Assembly (NCBI RefSeq): GCF_963921235.1
Contig: NC_086097.1
Span: 52,516,001 to 52,580,000, forward strand
DNA: 64,000 nucleotides
Direction of reading: 5' to 3'
From: Mobula hypostoma
Lineage: Eukaryota
Position numbers and translations under genes: made by a program. Position 1 is the stretch's first letter. Each line of letters opens with the position of its first letter. The notes under the pieces are model-generated. The model was not told where the DNA came from, searched no databases, and worked only from the letters and a program-made list of their open reading frames with translations. This document shows, in pieces, positions 28,401 through 39,653 of this stretch.

Positions 28401-31400
28401 CAGAATAATCCCTGTAGGCTGTAGAGGTAATTGCTGTATGGGGGAAGTTTGAGAAATGACACAATATTTGATTTTATTTGAATATTGTAAATGAATGAAA
28501 CAAAGTACCAAGATCTGCAATTCAATTTACATTTGTAAAGTGCAAAGCAAAATCAGAATTGTACTGACCATTTACAAAGCTTCATTTAAGGATAAAACCT
28601 TAAGTGACTTAAAAAGCTATTTGAAACAATTGCCTGCTCAGGTGCAATTCAACAAATAGTGGAGCAGTATGCTTTTTTAAAGGACCCACATAAGTTGAAA
28701 ATCTCACACAAAAATTGGAAATTCAAGGAGTATTACTGCATACAAAACTTAACATTGACATACCAGAACTGGAGCGGTAGTAAACTTCATTATATGGCTG
28801 GATATGGACTGAAGCTCCTACAGCAATATCAGGCAACTCTCCCTCAATCTCAGTAGTGACACTGAGATAATTCTGTGCATCCAAACCTTGAGCTATTTGT
28901 ATTACATTTAACTGTTTATTACCCGGAGAAAAGGTGATATCAATATTGCGAATAAATTTGGCACCTAGAGAAAATTGCAAAAGTTAGGTTACGCAATGAA
29001 ATTGATTAACCATTGAGATATTACATTTGTTACAGTTTATTTTGCCCACTTCAAAAACCAAGAATTCTCACCCAAACTGAGTGACAAATTCTTCCCCATG
29101 TGAAAATAGATGCCATGCATTAATGGAGAATATTACTGTTGTCTGAACTGCAGGGCTGTAGTTGCAAGGAAATGGATAGGCTGGGCTAATTCACACAGAA
29201 ATGTAGGAGGCACAGTGGTGATACTACAGGAGATTTATCAAATTGTAAGGAACAGAGGTAGGACAGATAGTCAGAATCTTTCCCTGGACAGGAGAGTCAG
29301 GAATCTATAACCAGAGGGCACAGGTTTAAGGTGAGTGGAGAAATTTAAAGATCAGAGGTGGGGGTGCAAGACAAAAAAGGCTTTTCACACAGAGGGTGCC
29401 GGTCATCTGGAATGAACTGCCAGAGGAATTGGTAGAGGTAGACATGACTGAAATGATTAAAAAGTATTTCAACAGATCTCAGATTGGTATGATAGGAATG
29501 CAAGCCGAATGTAGGATATATGATTTGCATAAATAGACACAGATGACATTCCTCTACTATACTATTAAAAATGTACCTACAAATAAGAAGGTGAGGTTAC
29601 ATGGTACTTCAAGCCGACTTCTCCATTCAATAAGATCAATACAGATCCAGTAGTGACCTCAACTCTGCAACCCGTCTGCCAGTGGCAGCCTTTCACTAGT
29701 CACTCTTGAAAAATGTATTCTTTTCTAAAAACTATATTCATTCTGCACAGCTGAATAAGCTCATGTGGGTTTTAGCACAGAGCATGGATTAATGTTCAAG
29801 AGCAAAGAATTGCACCCAGCTCATCTTGTCCAGCAATTAGCTCTGGAGACACGGTGCAATAATTTGCACTTCAGCATGGTACATCCTGCATGTGTGTGGC
29901 ACCAGGAGACCGGGAGATGTCCCCACAAGGGCCATGACATTATCCACCACTCCCCAAACCCACTCATATGATCACTGTATAGCAGCATAAACATTTATTT
30001 TGTGGTGTATTCTGAAATTCATGTGCTTTTTAAATGCATGCCCTCAGCTAGCCAATCCCAATATTGCTATATAACATTTCCCCAAGCTCACTACTCCCAA
30101 CCTCTAATTTTGTGGTACCTCATGTGCAGAAATAACTTTGCAGTTATAAAAGCAGTAAGTGACAAGTGCACTATATTCACCTGCATACAGAGAAATAAAT
30201 GGAACAAAAAAGATTAAAACTTAGATAAGTTAAAAAGTTGCCAATAGCAGTTTAGTCAACACCTGGTTGAGAAAGGCAGGTTAACATTCTAAACCGATTA
30301 TTTCGTGTCATTTCCTCAAGGGACAATTGCGCACAGATATTAAAGTATTCTACTTCTAAATGTCATTTGAAATCAGTGCCATACAGCATTCAGCTTATGT
30401 TAGGTTAATCTTCTGCTTAAGTGTCTGAAATATTATGTGTACCAAAGCACTGACCTCCAATACCATGCTTACTAAACAATTTGGGGGTGGGGTTTTGCTC
30501 AATTGCCAGGTGGGCTTTTTGAAGAAGAATTATTAAATGAGTCAGTATCAGGAGCTAACAACTTCACTTACTATTTGTCTCACTTCCCAGGTCTGAAAAT
30601 TTTCACTTGAAATGAACGATGTAGGTTCACTTACCTGCAATGCTAAAGCCATTTTTGAAGCCTGGTTGCTGCAAAGCAAACAGCCATCCAAAAAGATCTC
30701 CAATTATCGACAATGACTGCATGGCCCAGCCTGCTAACCCAGGAATTTGGCTAATTGCTGTAAAGGATCTCCCATCATTTATAACTACATATGCATGCAG
30801 GTCAGCATTCTCAAACTCCACAGGCCTTCGACTGTCTCCTACCATTAATTTTCCATTTACTTTTCCATTCACACGCTGAGTAACACCTAAAAAAAGAAAT
30901 GAAATCAAACATTGCACAAGGTGTGCTGGTCCAATTGCCACAAGTCTTTTAAAAAGATTCAAAATTGACTTAGTTGCTTTTCTATTTTTAAAATTACCTT
31001 CTGGTAGGCATTGCCTTCCGTTGCCATAGTAACCAGACTGGCAATGGCAGCAGAATCCACTAGAGTAATCAGTACAGTAGGCATTCTGGGAACACTGTTC
31101 CTGGTTTCTCTCACAGGTTTCCTTCGAGCCTGTGTTGTAAGTAAAGACTGAAGGACAAGGGGTACTTCCATCAGAATTCATATAAAAATGTTCAAAACTC
31201 TTATCAAAGATAACACTCTATTATAATTCATCTCTGATTGATTTGGAAACCCAGCACTTCACTAAGCCTCTGGAATAACTGTAAAGTTTTCAAGTCCCAT
31301 CCAGCATTTCTACAAATAAATCGTATAGTACTGTTATTACTATTATTTTGCAATTCGGATAATTATCAAAAAGAGTAAAGTTTCAACTAATATTTGATAC

Positions 31401-34400
31401 TACACATTATCACTCAGACTCTTATATTGTGGTTACACTGGAGTAACAAAGTAGGGGTGCAGCTATCTCAATTCCAGTGACCGGGTGATAGATAGAGACC
31501 TTCATGAGGAAGCGTTCACCCTGAGACTGTTAAGGTCTCTTCTGGGAGCTGCAGTTTCCATCAGCACCCCAAGACACGGCAGTTGTTGGGTTAAGTGGTT
31601 GATGTATACTGCCCACTGTATAGAATCAGAGGGATATCAACAAATTGGCCAGATGGAGGCCATTGACAAGGATTGGTCTGAACCCCCGTATAATCCTGAT
31701 GGGCTGAATGGCCTCCTAAGTCACAATAAAGTGAGAAGTACTTGAAAACAACTTTCTAAACCACTTACCACCAGTGCCAAGTTCTTCCTCTTCATCAACG
31801 CTGACAACATGTCTGCCTGATGTAACTGGTAACTGATTTCTAGGCACAATTTCTGAGTATCCATTGGGGTACCTCATCCTGGTGCCAACCTCAGGGCCCC
31901 TTTCTGGGTATGATGGAAAAGCCCCAGATTCAGGATATGATGACATGACGCCCGCCTCGGGATAGCCTTCAGGATAGGATGGAATAATGCCTGCATCCGG
32001 ATACGGTGGATCATCTGGAATACCTGCAACTCTTCCATGAGGTGCCATGGAAATGGAGGGGGTGTACTCAGACTCTTCATTGTCATAATGGTGGTTGTAA
32101 TCTTCATTTTCTGCATAATCAGATTCCTGTGCAACAGGGATAACTGGACCTCTCAGGGAACTATCCAAAGTAACAATATGATCCTCTCCTGAAGTCTCCA
32201 CTCTGGCTTTTGCTTGCATTATATTGTTGAAGGATGAAGTTCCACCAATATGAAAAACCCATTCTCCTCGAGTACCTGAATTGCCCCTCCTAAAGGATTC
32301 ATAAAATAAAGAGCTCAGTTGCTACATACGTTTCTAAAGTTTAGCTATTAGAGTTTAAAGCTGGGAAAGCAATTCCAGGATGTTCCCAAAACCCTCCTGG
32401 GACAAAAGAAAGCAACAGCCTCGTTAACTTAACCAAGGTCCTGGCCCATGACTGCTCAACCCGCAAAAGGAACTCACTCGCTGAGAAAGCCCAGATGCCC
32501 AGTGAGAACAATGAAAGGCTCACACCATCTGCCCGTTCATGTACCCTCCTACCCGTACTCTGAATGTTAACAGACCCCGACACAGAGATTTTCAGCCACC
32601 TGGAAGCCTACAGAAATGGAATGGGGAAATAAAATCTCCCCCCCCCCAAAAAAAATGGAATTCTGGAGGAGGAGCTTCAATTTGAATTCCAGTAGATCTC
32701 AGAATCAGATTTATTTCCAATGACTCATGTCATGAAATTTGGTTCGCAACGGCAGCACAGTGCACGATAAGTCACAATAAGAAATATTTAAAATAAGTTA
32801 GTTGTGCAAAAAGAGAACAATATTTTGGTCAAATAAGCACGCAATAAAAGAGACAAAACAGCGGCGGGATTTTAAATGGTCAGCACTGATAACACCCATG
32901 AATGAAGTGTACTCACTGATAGAGATGTTTAACAGATTGTTCATTGGTGGTAATACTATAATAGGAACTTTCTCGTCTCCATTGTGTGTACCCTGTTTCT
33001 CCTCTGTTGAAGCCTATCCGAGCGGGTAACTCGATCTGAACATTGTAGGATTCTTTTGGACGTGTCCCAAAGAAGTGTAACCCATCCTCCGGGTAGAGAA
33101 AAATTGCATAGGAATTTGATTCATCAAAAGCCAATACTGCTTGAAAGGTGTTGAACTGGAAAAAGAAATGTAAGCGTTCCATGTATTCGCATCGTATTTT
33201 CAAACGAAAACGGAATAAAATGCAATGAATGCCTAAAATCAGTACTGGAAAATTATGCAACACGTTTGAAAACACATTTGGATTTAGAAGACAAATATAC
33301 TTCACATGTCTCAAATACTGCGAGATCTGTAACTGCTGTGTGTAAAGTTTGTTTCTACCCTTCCCCATCACGGCTCTCCTATGAAATGAACATTTTAGCG
33401 AAAAGCACCCTTGGGTCTCTCCAACCAAATGGCTTTAATTCCAAAACAAAATATCGCTTATAGAAATAGTATTAGACGTGGTTCACAGCTGGCAGTTAAA
33501 GCACCAGTAGTTGAGGGGAAAACACTACAGAGCAGCTGTGAATAAAATGCCAACGTTCTCGGACTATCTTACCCTGTTAGAAGAGGGTGTCGAACGCGTC
33601 ACTTCCTCATAAGGCGCCACGTTCTCCCAAGTGGCGATGAAAGTATTGGTTGGAGTGAATGAGCTCTGAGGAAAAGCTCTCCTGATTTCTTGGCCGGCGC
33701 GGTCCAGAGTATCAGAAGAATTGTCTTCTCTGTAGTAAATCCGTCCTCGGCCACGACTTGTGTCGATGTCGGACAGGTAGGGCGCTATCACCGGGAAATC
33801 GAATGGGAATCCATCATCTACATACTGGGTCTCCCTGGGCAAATCTTGCAGGGAGATGATACCATTCGTTCCTACCTGTGGATAAAGAAAATCCAACCGT
33901 TCGTCACTGCGATGCCTTTCCCATAGTAATTGCTCTTAAACTTACCGGCTACATCAGTCCAAACTATTTTGAATCACAGTGCTGTTCTTGGGCAGTTACT
34001 GCTTCGACATACAATATTCCCTGACATTCTGGAAGGAGTAAACTCTAATCCAGGTTAAACAGCATTCCAAGGTTCAATTTCGTTTCAGTGTCCCCAAAGG
34101 AGAGAATAAATATCCATTGATTCCGTTACTGGAATCGTTCGATGAAGGTTGCTTTGTACACCTAAAATAGGTTAAATTTTAATAAGGCAAATGTCCTTGA
34201 AAATCACACCTATAGATAAGACTCCAAAACCACTGATTTGGGGCGAGGTCGTCTCGTAACTTTTGCTTGCAGTCGGGCCTAATATTAAATAGACATGGCA
34301 AACTTACGTAAAGATTGTTGAAGTGTGTATCATAGAAAACAAGTGGCCTTTTGAGTTTTATAACTGCAGAGGTTTCATCGTCGCCTTCTTGAAGGGTAAG

Positions 34401-34508
34401 GTCCCCTGCGTGTGGACCAAATGGAAAAAGATCCTTTCTTTGAATTGCAGAAACCAAGCAAAGAATACAGTGAAGTTTTAAAAGTAAAACGAATCTCTTT
34501 CCTTGCAT
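10353..34508 (-). CDS. NID2: Nidogen-2, spliced 5' part (exons 1-10 visible); 3' end outside the window or truncated at exon 10
   Basis: Ten exons join in frame: 34508-34308, 33875-33573, 33155-32917, 32289-31769, 31147-30998, 30886-30635, 28964-28764, 28433-28206, 18262-18119, 10484-10353. All nine introns between them are GT-AG. Motifs [34 protein letters not shown] and the acidic Tyr-rich link fit nidogen-2 rather than nidogen-1. Confidence 0.93.
10604..10748. mobile_element. Palindromic Penelope-terminus-derived short element lacking the ribozyme core
   Basis: caaaatgctggaggaa...caggccagg / cctggcctgctgagttcc...cattttg arms. Confidence 0.7.
13165..13918 (+). mobile_element. Rex1/Babar-like LINE 3' fragment
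   Basis: [21 protein letters not shown]...[11 protein letters not shown]...LPSRKRY...SFFHQA; (ATTCA)n tail. Confidence 0.8.
13920..15495 (-). mobile_element. Decayed CR1 LINE (endonuclease region and ORF1 end)
   Basis: Reverse-complement similarity to CR1 at 20410-21200 and 43600-44550. Confidence 0.7.
15625..16258 (+). mobile_element. Decayed Rex1/Babar-like LINE fragment
   Basis: [12 protein letters not shown]...[12 protein letters not shown]; ttgaac-like tail. Confidence 0.6.
17106..17673 (-). mobile_element. 5'-truncated Penelope-like element (GIY-YIG end and terminus)
   Basis: Reverse complement of the 52455-53030 type sequence; 12-bp TSD TTGAGGTACCAA at 17094-17105 and 17674-17685. 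Confidence 0.9.
17165..17200 (-). ncRNA. Minimal type I hammerhead ribozyme motif
   Basis: Minus strand AGUC-CUGACGA-A-GGGUCACGGCCU-GAAA-CGUC-GACU. Confidence 0.7.
17945..18105. mobile_element. Old palindromic Penelope-derived short element next to the NID2 exon 9 donor
   Basis: tctgaaggaactcaacaggtcagg...ctgagctcctccaga arms. Confidence 0.6.
18119..18262 (-). CDS. NID2: NID2 exon 9 (EGF-like 2)
   Basis: [47 protein letters not shown]; acceptor gcacag, donor gtacat; 144 nt, phase 1-1. Confidence 0.92.
18370..18640. mobile_element. Palindromic Penelope-derived short element(s)
   Basis: cacacaaaatgctggaggagctcagca...cctgatgaagggtctcggccc...tagcattttgtgtgtg. Confidence 0.7.
19565..19850 (+). 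mobile_element. tRNA-derived V-SINE-type SINE, decayed
   Basis: V-domain-like core tctgtatgaggtttcc...ggcttcatctgggtgctc...cttccca. Confidence 0.6.
20410..23075 (+). mobile_element. CR1 LINE ORF2 (APE endonuclease and RT), many frameshifts
   Basis: [41 protein letters not shown]; tcttatgg-repeat tail. Confidence 0.9.
23512..23768 (-). mobile_element. tRNA-derived V-SINE-type SINE
   Basis: Minus strand: gggcagcatggtagcgtagtagtt head, V core gagtttgtacattctccccatgactgtgtgggtttcctccaggtgctc, CR1-like tail gggccggaagggcctgtt-type. Confidence 0.75.
25301..27184 (+). mobile_element. Penelope-like element (Neptune-like): RT, Cys linker, GIY-YIG endonuclease, terminus
   Basis: [55 protein letters not shown]; frameshifted. 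Confidence 0.92.
27052..27087 (+). ncRNA. Minimal type I hammerhead ribozyme motif (best copy)
   Basis: Stem I AGUC/GACU; core CUGACGA; stem II GGGU-cucg-GCCC; GAAA; palindromic ACGU in place of stem III; predicted GUC cleavage after 27083. Confidence 0.75.
27189..27385. mobile_element. Palindromic Penelope-derived short element
   Basis: Opposed decayed cores (gacccttcagtaagact and gaagggtctcggcctgaaaagtc) with the same arms as other copies. Confidence 0.65.
28206..28433 (-). CDS. NID2: NID2 exon 8 (end of G2)
   Basis: [11 protein letters not shown]...[12 protein letters not shown]...[13 protein letters not shown]...[12 protein letters not shown]; acceptor atacag, donor gtaggt; 228 nt. Confidence 0.93.
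28764..28964 (-). CDS. NID2: NID2 exon 7 (G2 domain)
   Basis: [14 protein letters not shown]...[20 protein letters not shown]...[11 protein letters not shown]; acceptor ctctag, donor gtatgt; 201 nt. Confidence 0.93.
30635..30886 (-). CDS. NID2: NID2 exon 6 (G2 domain)
   Basis: [11 protein letters not shown]...[21 protein letters not shown]...[19 protein letters not shown]; acceptor ttttag, donor gtaagt; 252 nt. Confidence 0.95.
30998..31147 (-). CDS. NID2: NID2 exon 5 (EGF-like 1)
   Basis: [49 protein letters not shown]; acceptor cttcag, donor gtaatt; 150 nt. Confidence 0.95.
31769..32289 (-). CDS. NID2: NID2 exon 4 (end of G1 and acidic/Pro-Tyr link region)
   Basis: [16 protein letters not shown]...[21 protein letters not shown]...; acceptor ctttag, donor gtaagt; 521 nt, phase 2-1. 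Confidence 0.92.
32917..33155 (-). CDS. NID2: NID2 exon 3 (NIDO/G1)
   Basis: [40 protein letters not shown]...; acceptor ttccag, donor gtgagt; 239 nt, phase 0-2. Confidence 0.95.
33573..33875 (-). CDS. NID2: NID2 exon 2 (NIDO/G1)
   Basis: [40 protein letters not shown]...ATWENV; acceptor cag, donor gtaaga; 303 nt. Confidence 0.95.
34308..34508 (-). CDS. NID2: NID2 exon 1 (signal peptide and start of G1)
   Basis: [31 protein letters not shown]...[29 protein letters not shown]; donor gtaagt; 201 nt, phase 0. Confidence 0.93.
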
Positions 34509-34583
34509 TGTGGAAACGAATAGTTCTGTTCCCGGGTGGTTAAGGGAAAAAAAAAGAAGCTGTTTGGGGCGCTGATCTCCCGG

Positions 34584-34696
34584 TTTTATAGCTCGATCTC
34601 TAGTGGAATTTTAACCCCGGAACTGCCGCAGACCCTGCAGCCAATAACCCCAGGAGAGGGGCAGGAATGCCCCATTCTCTGCCCTCTCATTGGCTG
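34584..34696 (-). promoter_or_regulatory. NID2 proximal promoter: TATA box and two opposed CCAAT boxes
   Basis: TATAAAA on minus strand at 34584-34590, about 75 nt upstream of the ATG; CCAAT at 34641-34645 (+) and 34689-34693 (-). Confidence 0.65.
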
Positions 34697-35726
34697 ATGT
34701 GTGAAATGATCGACGTGCTGAACTGCACTCCTGCCTTAGTTAACATCTGGTTCCCATTACTTTGTCTATACTCAACTTTCTCATCGCACTTACTCGTTCA
34801 AATAGTAGCGCACTAAAGAAAACACCGAGAGGAAGGAAAATATGTCGTCGAAAGTGTTAAGCTGTGTGAATGGCACGAAACCATTCGAGAAGAAAATATG
34901 CCCAGAATATTTTATACCAGCACTAATGATGCGGCGACTTATTGAAACGCGAGTATTTTTCGTGTGCAGTGACACGTAGAGAAAGTGAAGGAGACTGATT
35001 TTTTCCGAAGAGATGATGAGCCCAAATTCCAAGATTCCAATATGTTTATGTAAATCAGCCACCAATCGCTTTTGGTCAACTATGCTTACTCAAATTATTG
35101 CTGTGTTTACAAATGTTTCAATAATCCCAGGGTCAGCAATCTGTCAATTGATAGCATTTGCTCAGAAAAAGTCGAGTACAATATGCTTTCAACTGAGAAC
35201 AACAGAGCTTGTCATTTCCAATTAAACAATAATCTGGACATTTTCGCTGTCTGTGTGTGGAGAGCAAGGGGCGGGATAGTTGAACTTCTTTTTTTCAAAT
35301 TCCCAAGCGGCACGTTTCAGTTTTTTTTTAGACTTTTTTTCAAAGAGTTGCTCTGAATGTTTGGTCTGGATCAGGGCAGGCTAAGTCATAGCTTCACCAA
35401 GAGGACATGCCACACACGTTTTCCCTTAATGTGCTTCAGACATTCCTTTATACCACTTCCCTCCTAGGCATTCCCTGCTGATCCTGATGATAAGAACGTC
35501 CTTGCCCACTGTGTGCTGGGAGGATGACCTCTATACCTAGAGTGAAAATGCCCAAAGGAAATCTAGTCAAACAATGAGAACCCCCTTCACTCCACGCATA
35601 TCTTTAGAATATGTTCTAAATACAGTAATGTAATCTGCATGCAACGTACATAAATGGGAGCTGTGTAAACACATGCAGTCTAATCGAAAAGAGTGCAATA
35701 GATAATGCACATACACAGTATAGACA

Positions 35727-36206
35727 CACTGAGTGTATGTTCATGGTCTTCTGCTGCGGTGGCCCGTCCACTTCAAGGTTCGACGTGTTGTGCGTTCACA
35801 GATGCTTTTCTGCTGTACTGCGTGGTTATGTGATTTACTGCCTCTTTCCCGTCAGCTGAATAAGTCCGGTTATTCTCCTCAGAATGTTCTCATTTCACTG
35901 GACTTTTTTTTCACACTATTCTCTGTACATTCTAGAAGAGATTGCTGTGCGTGAAAATCCAAGGTGATCAGTAATTTCTGAGCTACTCAAACCACCCCGT
36001 CCGGCACCAACAATCATTCCACGGTCAACGTCATTTAGATCACATTTCTTCCCAATTTCTGATGTTTGGTCTAAACAACGACTGAACCTCTTGACCACGT
36101 CTGTATGCTTTTATGCATTGCGTTGCGGCTACGTGATTGGTTGATCAGATACTTGCATTAACGAGGAGGTGTACATGTGTATTCAAAAAAGCGGCCACCG
36201 AGTGTA
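35727..36206 (-). mobile_element. Tc1-like deletion derivative
   Basis: Minus-strand GKKCDLNDVDRGMIVGA...LGFSRTAISSRMYRE resembles a Tc1 transposase N-terminal HTH; ends in agtg-TA. Confidence 0.75.
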
Positions 36207-36479
36207 TGGAGTCATAGAGCACAGTTCCACAGAAACAGGCGCTTTGGCCCATCTAGTCTATACCGACCTTTTTTTTGCCTAGGGCCATCTACCTGCACCC
36301 GGACCTTTCCCTTCCATACCTCTCTCATCCATATACTTATCTGGTTATTAACAATCGGGTATCTGAATATAATATCTTTCAAAAATAAACTAGAAACTGA
36401 AAAGATTTCATTCTGATCAGGGAACTGTTGTGCTGTCAGAAAGAATCTCAAATCTCCAACTTTTCATATCAATCTAATA

Positions 36480-37429
36480 CACTGGACAACAATTTTTTTC
36501 AAAAGTGTTGCTTCCTTAGAATTTTTCTTTGTTTATGATAGACTGTTTGAAGAGGAACACAAATATAATTTCAGACTACTCGTATCACATAGGAATTTGG
36601 AGAAACAACAAATTAACTTTTATTGAATATAATGTGTTTAATTGCATAATGGTGCTGATGCTTTGCAATAGTTCAACTAGTGTCTGAGGCTTCTCACTTA
36701 AGCATCCAAAAATAATTTGCCAGCATTGATGGATTCCAGTTGCCCTGGTATCTTTTCTCCATGACCGCAATGTCCTGGTGAAACTGTTCACCACGCTCTT
36801 AACTAACAACACCAAGTTTTGCAAGGAAGAAGTCTAAATGGGAATGCATCTTTAGTGAACATGTTGGAATTTCATGGTTTTATATGCTTGAAGCATGCTT
36901 TCAACTAGCTGCATGTAGTTTGGTGCTCTGTGGATGCCAAGAAAATTTTCAACAATTTCCTTGAATGCTTTCCATGTGATTTTCTCCAGTCCCACTAGAA
37001 ATTCTTCAAATTGCCTGTCATTGATGACCTGCTTGATTTATGGACCAACAAAAATGCTTTGCTTAATCTTGGCATCAGTTATTCTGGGAAGCATCTGTCT
37101 CAAATATCAAAATCCTTCATAGAAATTTTTGTGCTTGATGATAGCAAATTCCATCCTTACTGTCCTGAACCCAATAATTATTACTAAAACCTGTCCTGCC
37201 ATGCAGCAGCCACGCCACCTAAGCATGCCTGGACAAGATAGGAAACTTTCCAGCTTACATTGCAGGTAACATTTTAATTGACTTAAATTATGAATTGAAA
37301 TAATAAACGTAAGTTTATTATAAATGGTGCATTATAGGGAAATTTCATGGTGATTTTCATGATCAGTAGCCCAAAGTTCATAAGATACACCGAAAGGTAT
37401 TCAGGAAGCAAAATCTTTGTTGTCCAGTG
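36480..37429 (-). mobile_element. Chapaev3-type (CMC superfamily) DNA transposon, internally deleted
   Basis: TIRs CACTGGACAACAA / TTGTTGTCCAGTG flanked by ATA on both sides; remnant transposase ...GEQFHQDIAVMEKRYQGNWNPSMLANY and AKIKQSIFVGP. Confidence 0.8.
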
Positions 37430-39653
37430 ATATTAATTAACAAAAAAGCTAAACGTCACAAAATGAAATCTGCCACAGAATACAATGAGACGCATAATTT
37501 TGCTGAAAATTCTATGTCAATCTATTCAGTAACTGGTTATGATGTTTTAGTTCACTTTCCTTTGCTTTTAATTCAGCCTTCAGATTATGAACTGCCTGTT
37601 GATGTTGTTCTTTAATTTGTTCAATGGCCATTTCTGCTTCTAAACTCGTGTTTGGCGGATTACATTCCCCGGGATCGAAAGATTGATCACACTCTCCTAC
37701 TTTAATGGTTCTCTGCTTCTTAGTAATTCGTTACATTCCTAACAAAATGCATTACCCATTGCAATAAGAATGTAAATAACATTATATTGGGAACAAAAGA
37801 AGGAAGGGCACGAATATATATATATATAAAAATTCATGTCAGGCCAGCGGATGCCAACTAGCCGTGTTGGTAGCCTCGGTGCCAGTTTGAGGCAAGGTTG
37901 CCAAGCCTAGTCGTGGTAAACACTAAATGAGAAAATTGAAGAAAATGCTGGCCAAATTCTGCTATGAGAAGGAAGATCCGCCAAATTCGAGGGGCACCTG
38001 GGCGACTATTCCGCGCAAGAACCTGCACAATTCCTGCAGTCGATGGGGAAATGTGGCAAAATGTTGGCAGTTATGTGTGCTGGAATAAGACTGTGTGAAT
38101 CCGACTCAAAAGAGGAATTACTTTTCATTTAATGAGTCCAAAAGTGCAGCCGATAAATTAAACTGGCATTGAAGTGGCGGGAAGCATCGCACGTTCCCTT
38201 CTCAGTTGCGACGAAAACAGCACAAAAAAAGGATAAATTTGCTACCCAGTCTCCAGCTGGTTATATTGCAAGTTTTGGTGTACGTGGCCAGTTGCTTCAT
38301 CTTTTAGCTGATGCGCGGAATGTGTAGACATGTTTTTCAGAGGAAAAGACATAGTGGAAACGGATGGTGGTGATGAGGCCCAGCCTGCACAAACGGATAC
38401 TATATTGGACCAGAAAGAAGTTATTCGATTAATTGAAATGGGTTCAGCGATATACAAAATATGCGCATTTTTTTGTTTATCAATGATTACTTGACTTTTC
38501 ATTCTGTCCTTCCCTGCCGTGGGTTCATTACTCTTTCAGGTCCGCTGGAGTTCCACCCCACCGGGGCCATTTCAGGTCCACACGAGGGCACCCTAGCTGG
38601 TCCGCACCCAGTTTGCCACCGGGGATCAGCCTTCCGCTCTGCCTTCTCAGTCTGCTCGTGCCTCACCCAATCTGCTGCGCTGGCTCGACACCTTGCATCT
38701 ATTCACACTGGCCGGTAAACTTGGCCCCCATTCTCCTTCCTTTGCACTCATGCCCTTTACTATTGCGCCTTCCTAAATTATTTGCCTCTTCCATTGGCAC
38801 ACCCTGCACGGTTAGGTAGGCCACCACGCTTTCAGATCCGCTCCAGCTCTAACCTGACGTATCCATCTCAGCTCTGCTCCGCGTAAAATCAAGTGAATAA
38901 AACTATTCAATGTGATGTTAGATGTCAAAAACTTTGTCCCCCCCCCCTTACACGATCTATAGAGTATTGTTCAGCTAAATGTGGATAAGTTAATACAAGG
39001 TATATCCGAAAAACAGTACACACAAGGTGCGGTAATATTACATCTAAGGGAGTGAAATCATTATCGAAGATGCACAATGTTTAGGTCATCACCTTGGTAA
39101 TTAAGGACTACTGATAGCCATAAAGTCCAAAGAAATATATCTTCATCCTTCAGAGGTGCCCTGGCAGCCACGTGACCACGACATATAGCTCAAACGAAAT
39201 CCACGTGCATCGTACAGAAATAATAATTCCTCTTGGCTTAAAGTAAATGCAAATACGTTGCATGTAGTCAAAGAAAAAGTGGAAGCAGCTCTGAAGTCAA
39301 GAAAAACTAACAGGATTAAAGTTTGCAAAGCAACGCACAAATGCAGGAAGAACTCAGCATGTCAGGCAACGTCTCCGGAGGGAAATGGACAGTGGAAGAT
39401 TTGGGGTTCAAGACCCTTCATTAGGACGGGGTTGCAGAGCCAAGGCAGAGAAGACATCGTCATAGACCTCGAAATAGCCAGTGCAATGCACATTGGTCAA
39501 TGTAAGAAAGTGGTTAACAAAATCTTCATAGTCAAAAATATCTATGTATCAAATAGATACATATCATGTCTTGTAGTACAACAAAGCATACCATCAAGGA
39601 ATTGAAAAAAAGAATATCTTACCAGGACGTTTACCGGAAGTTAGTCTCTGATA

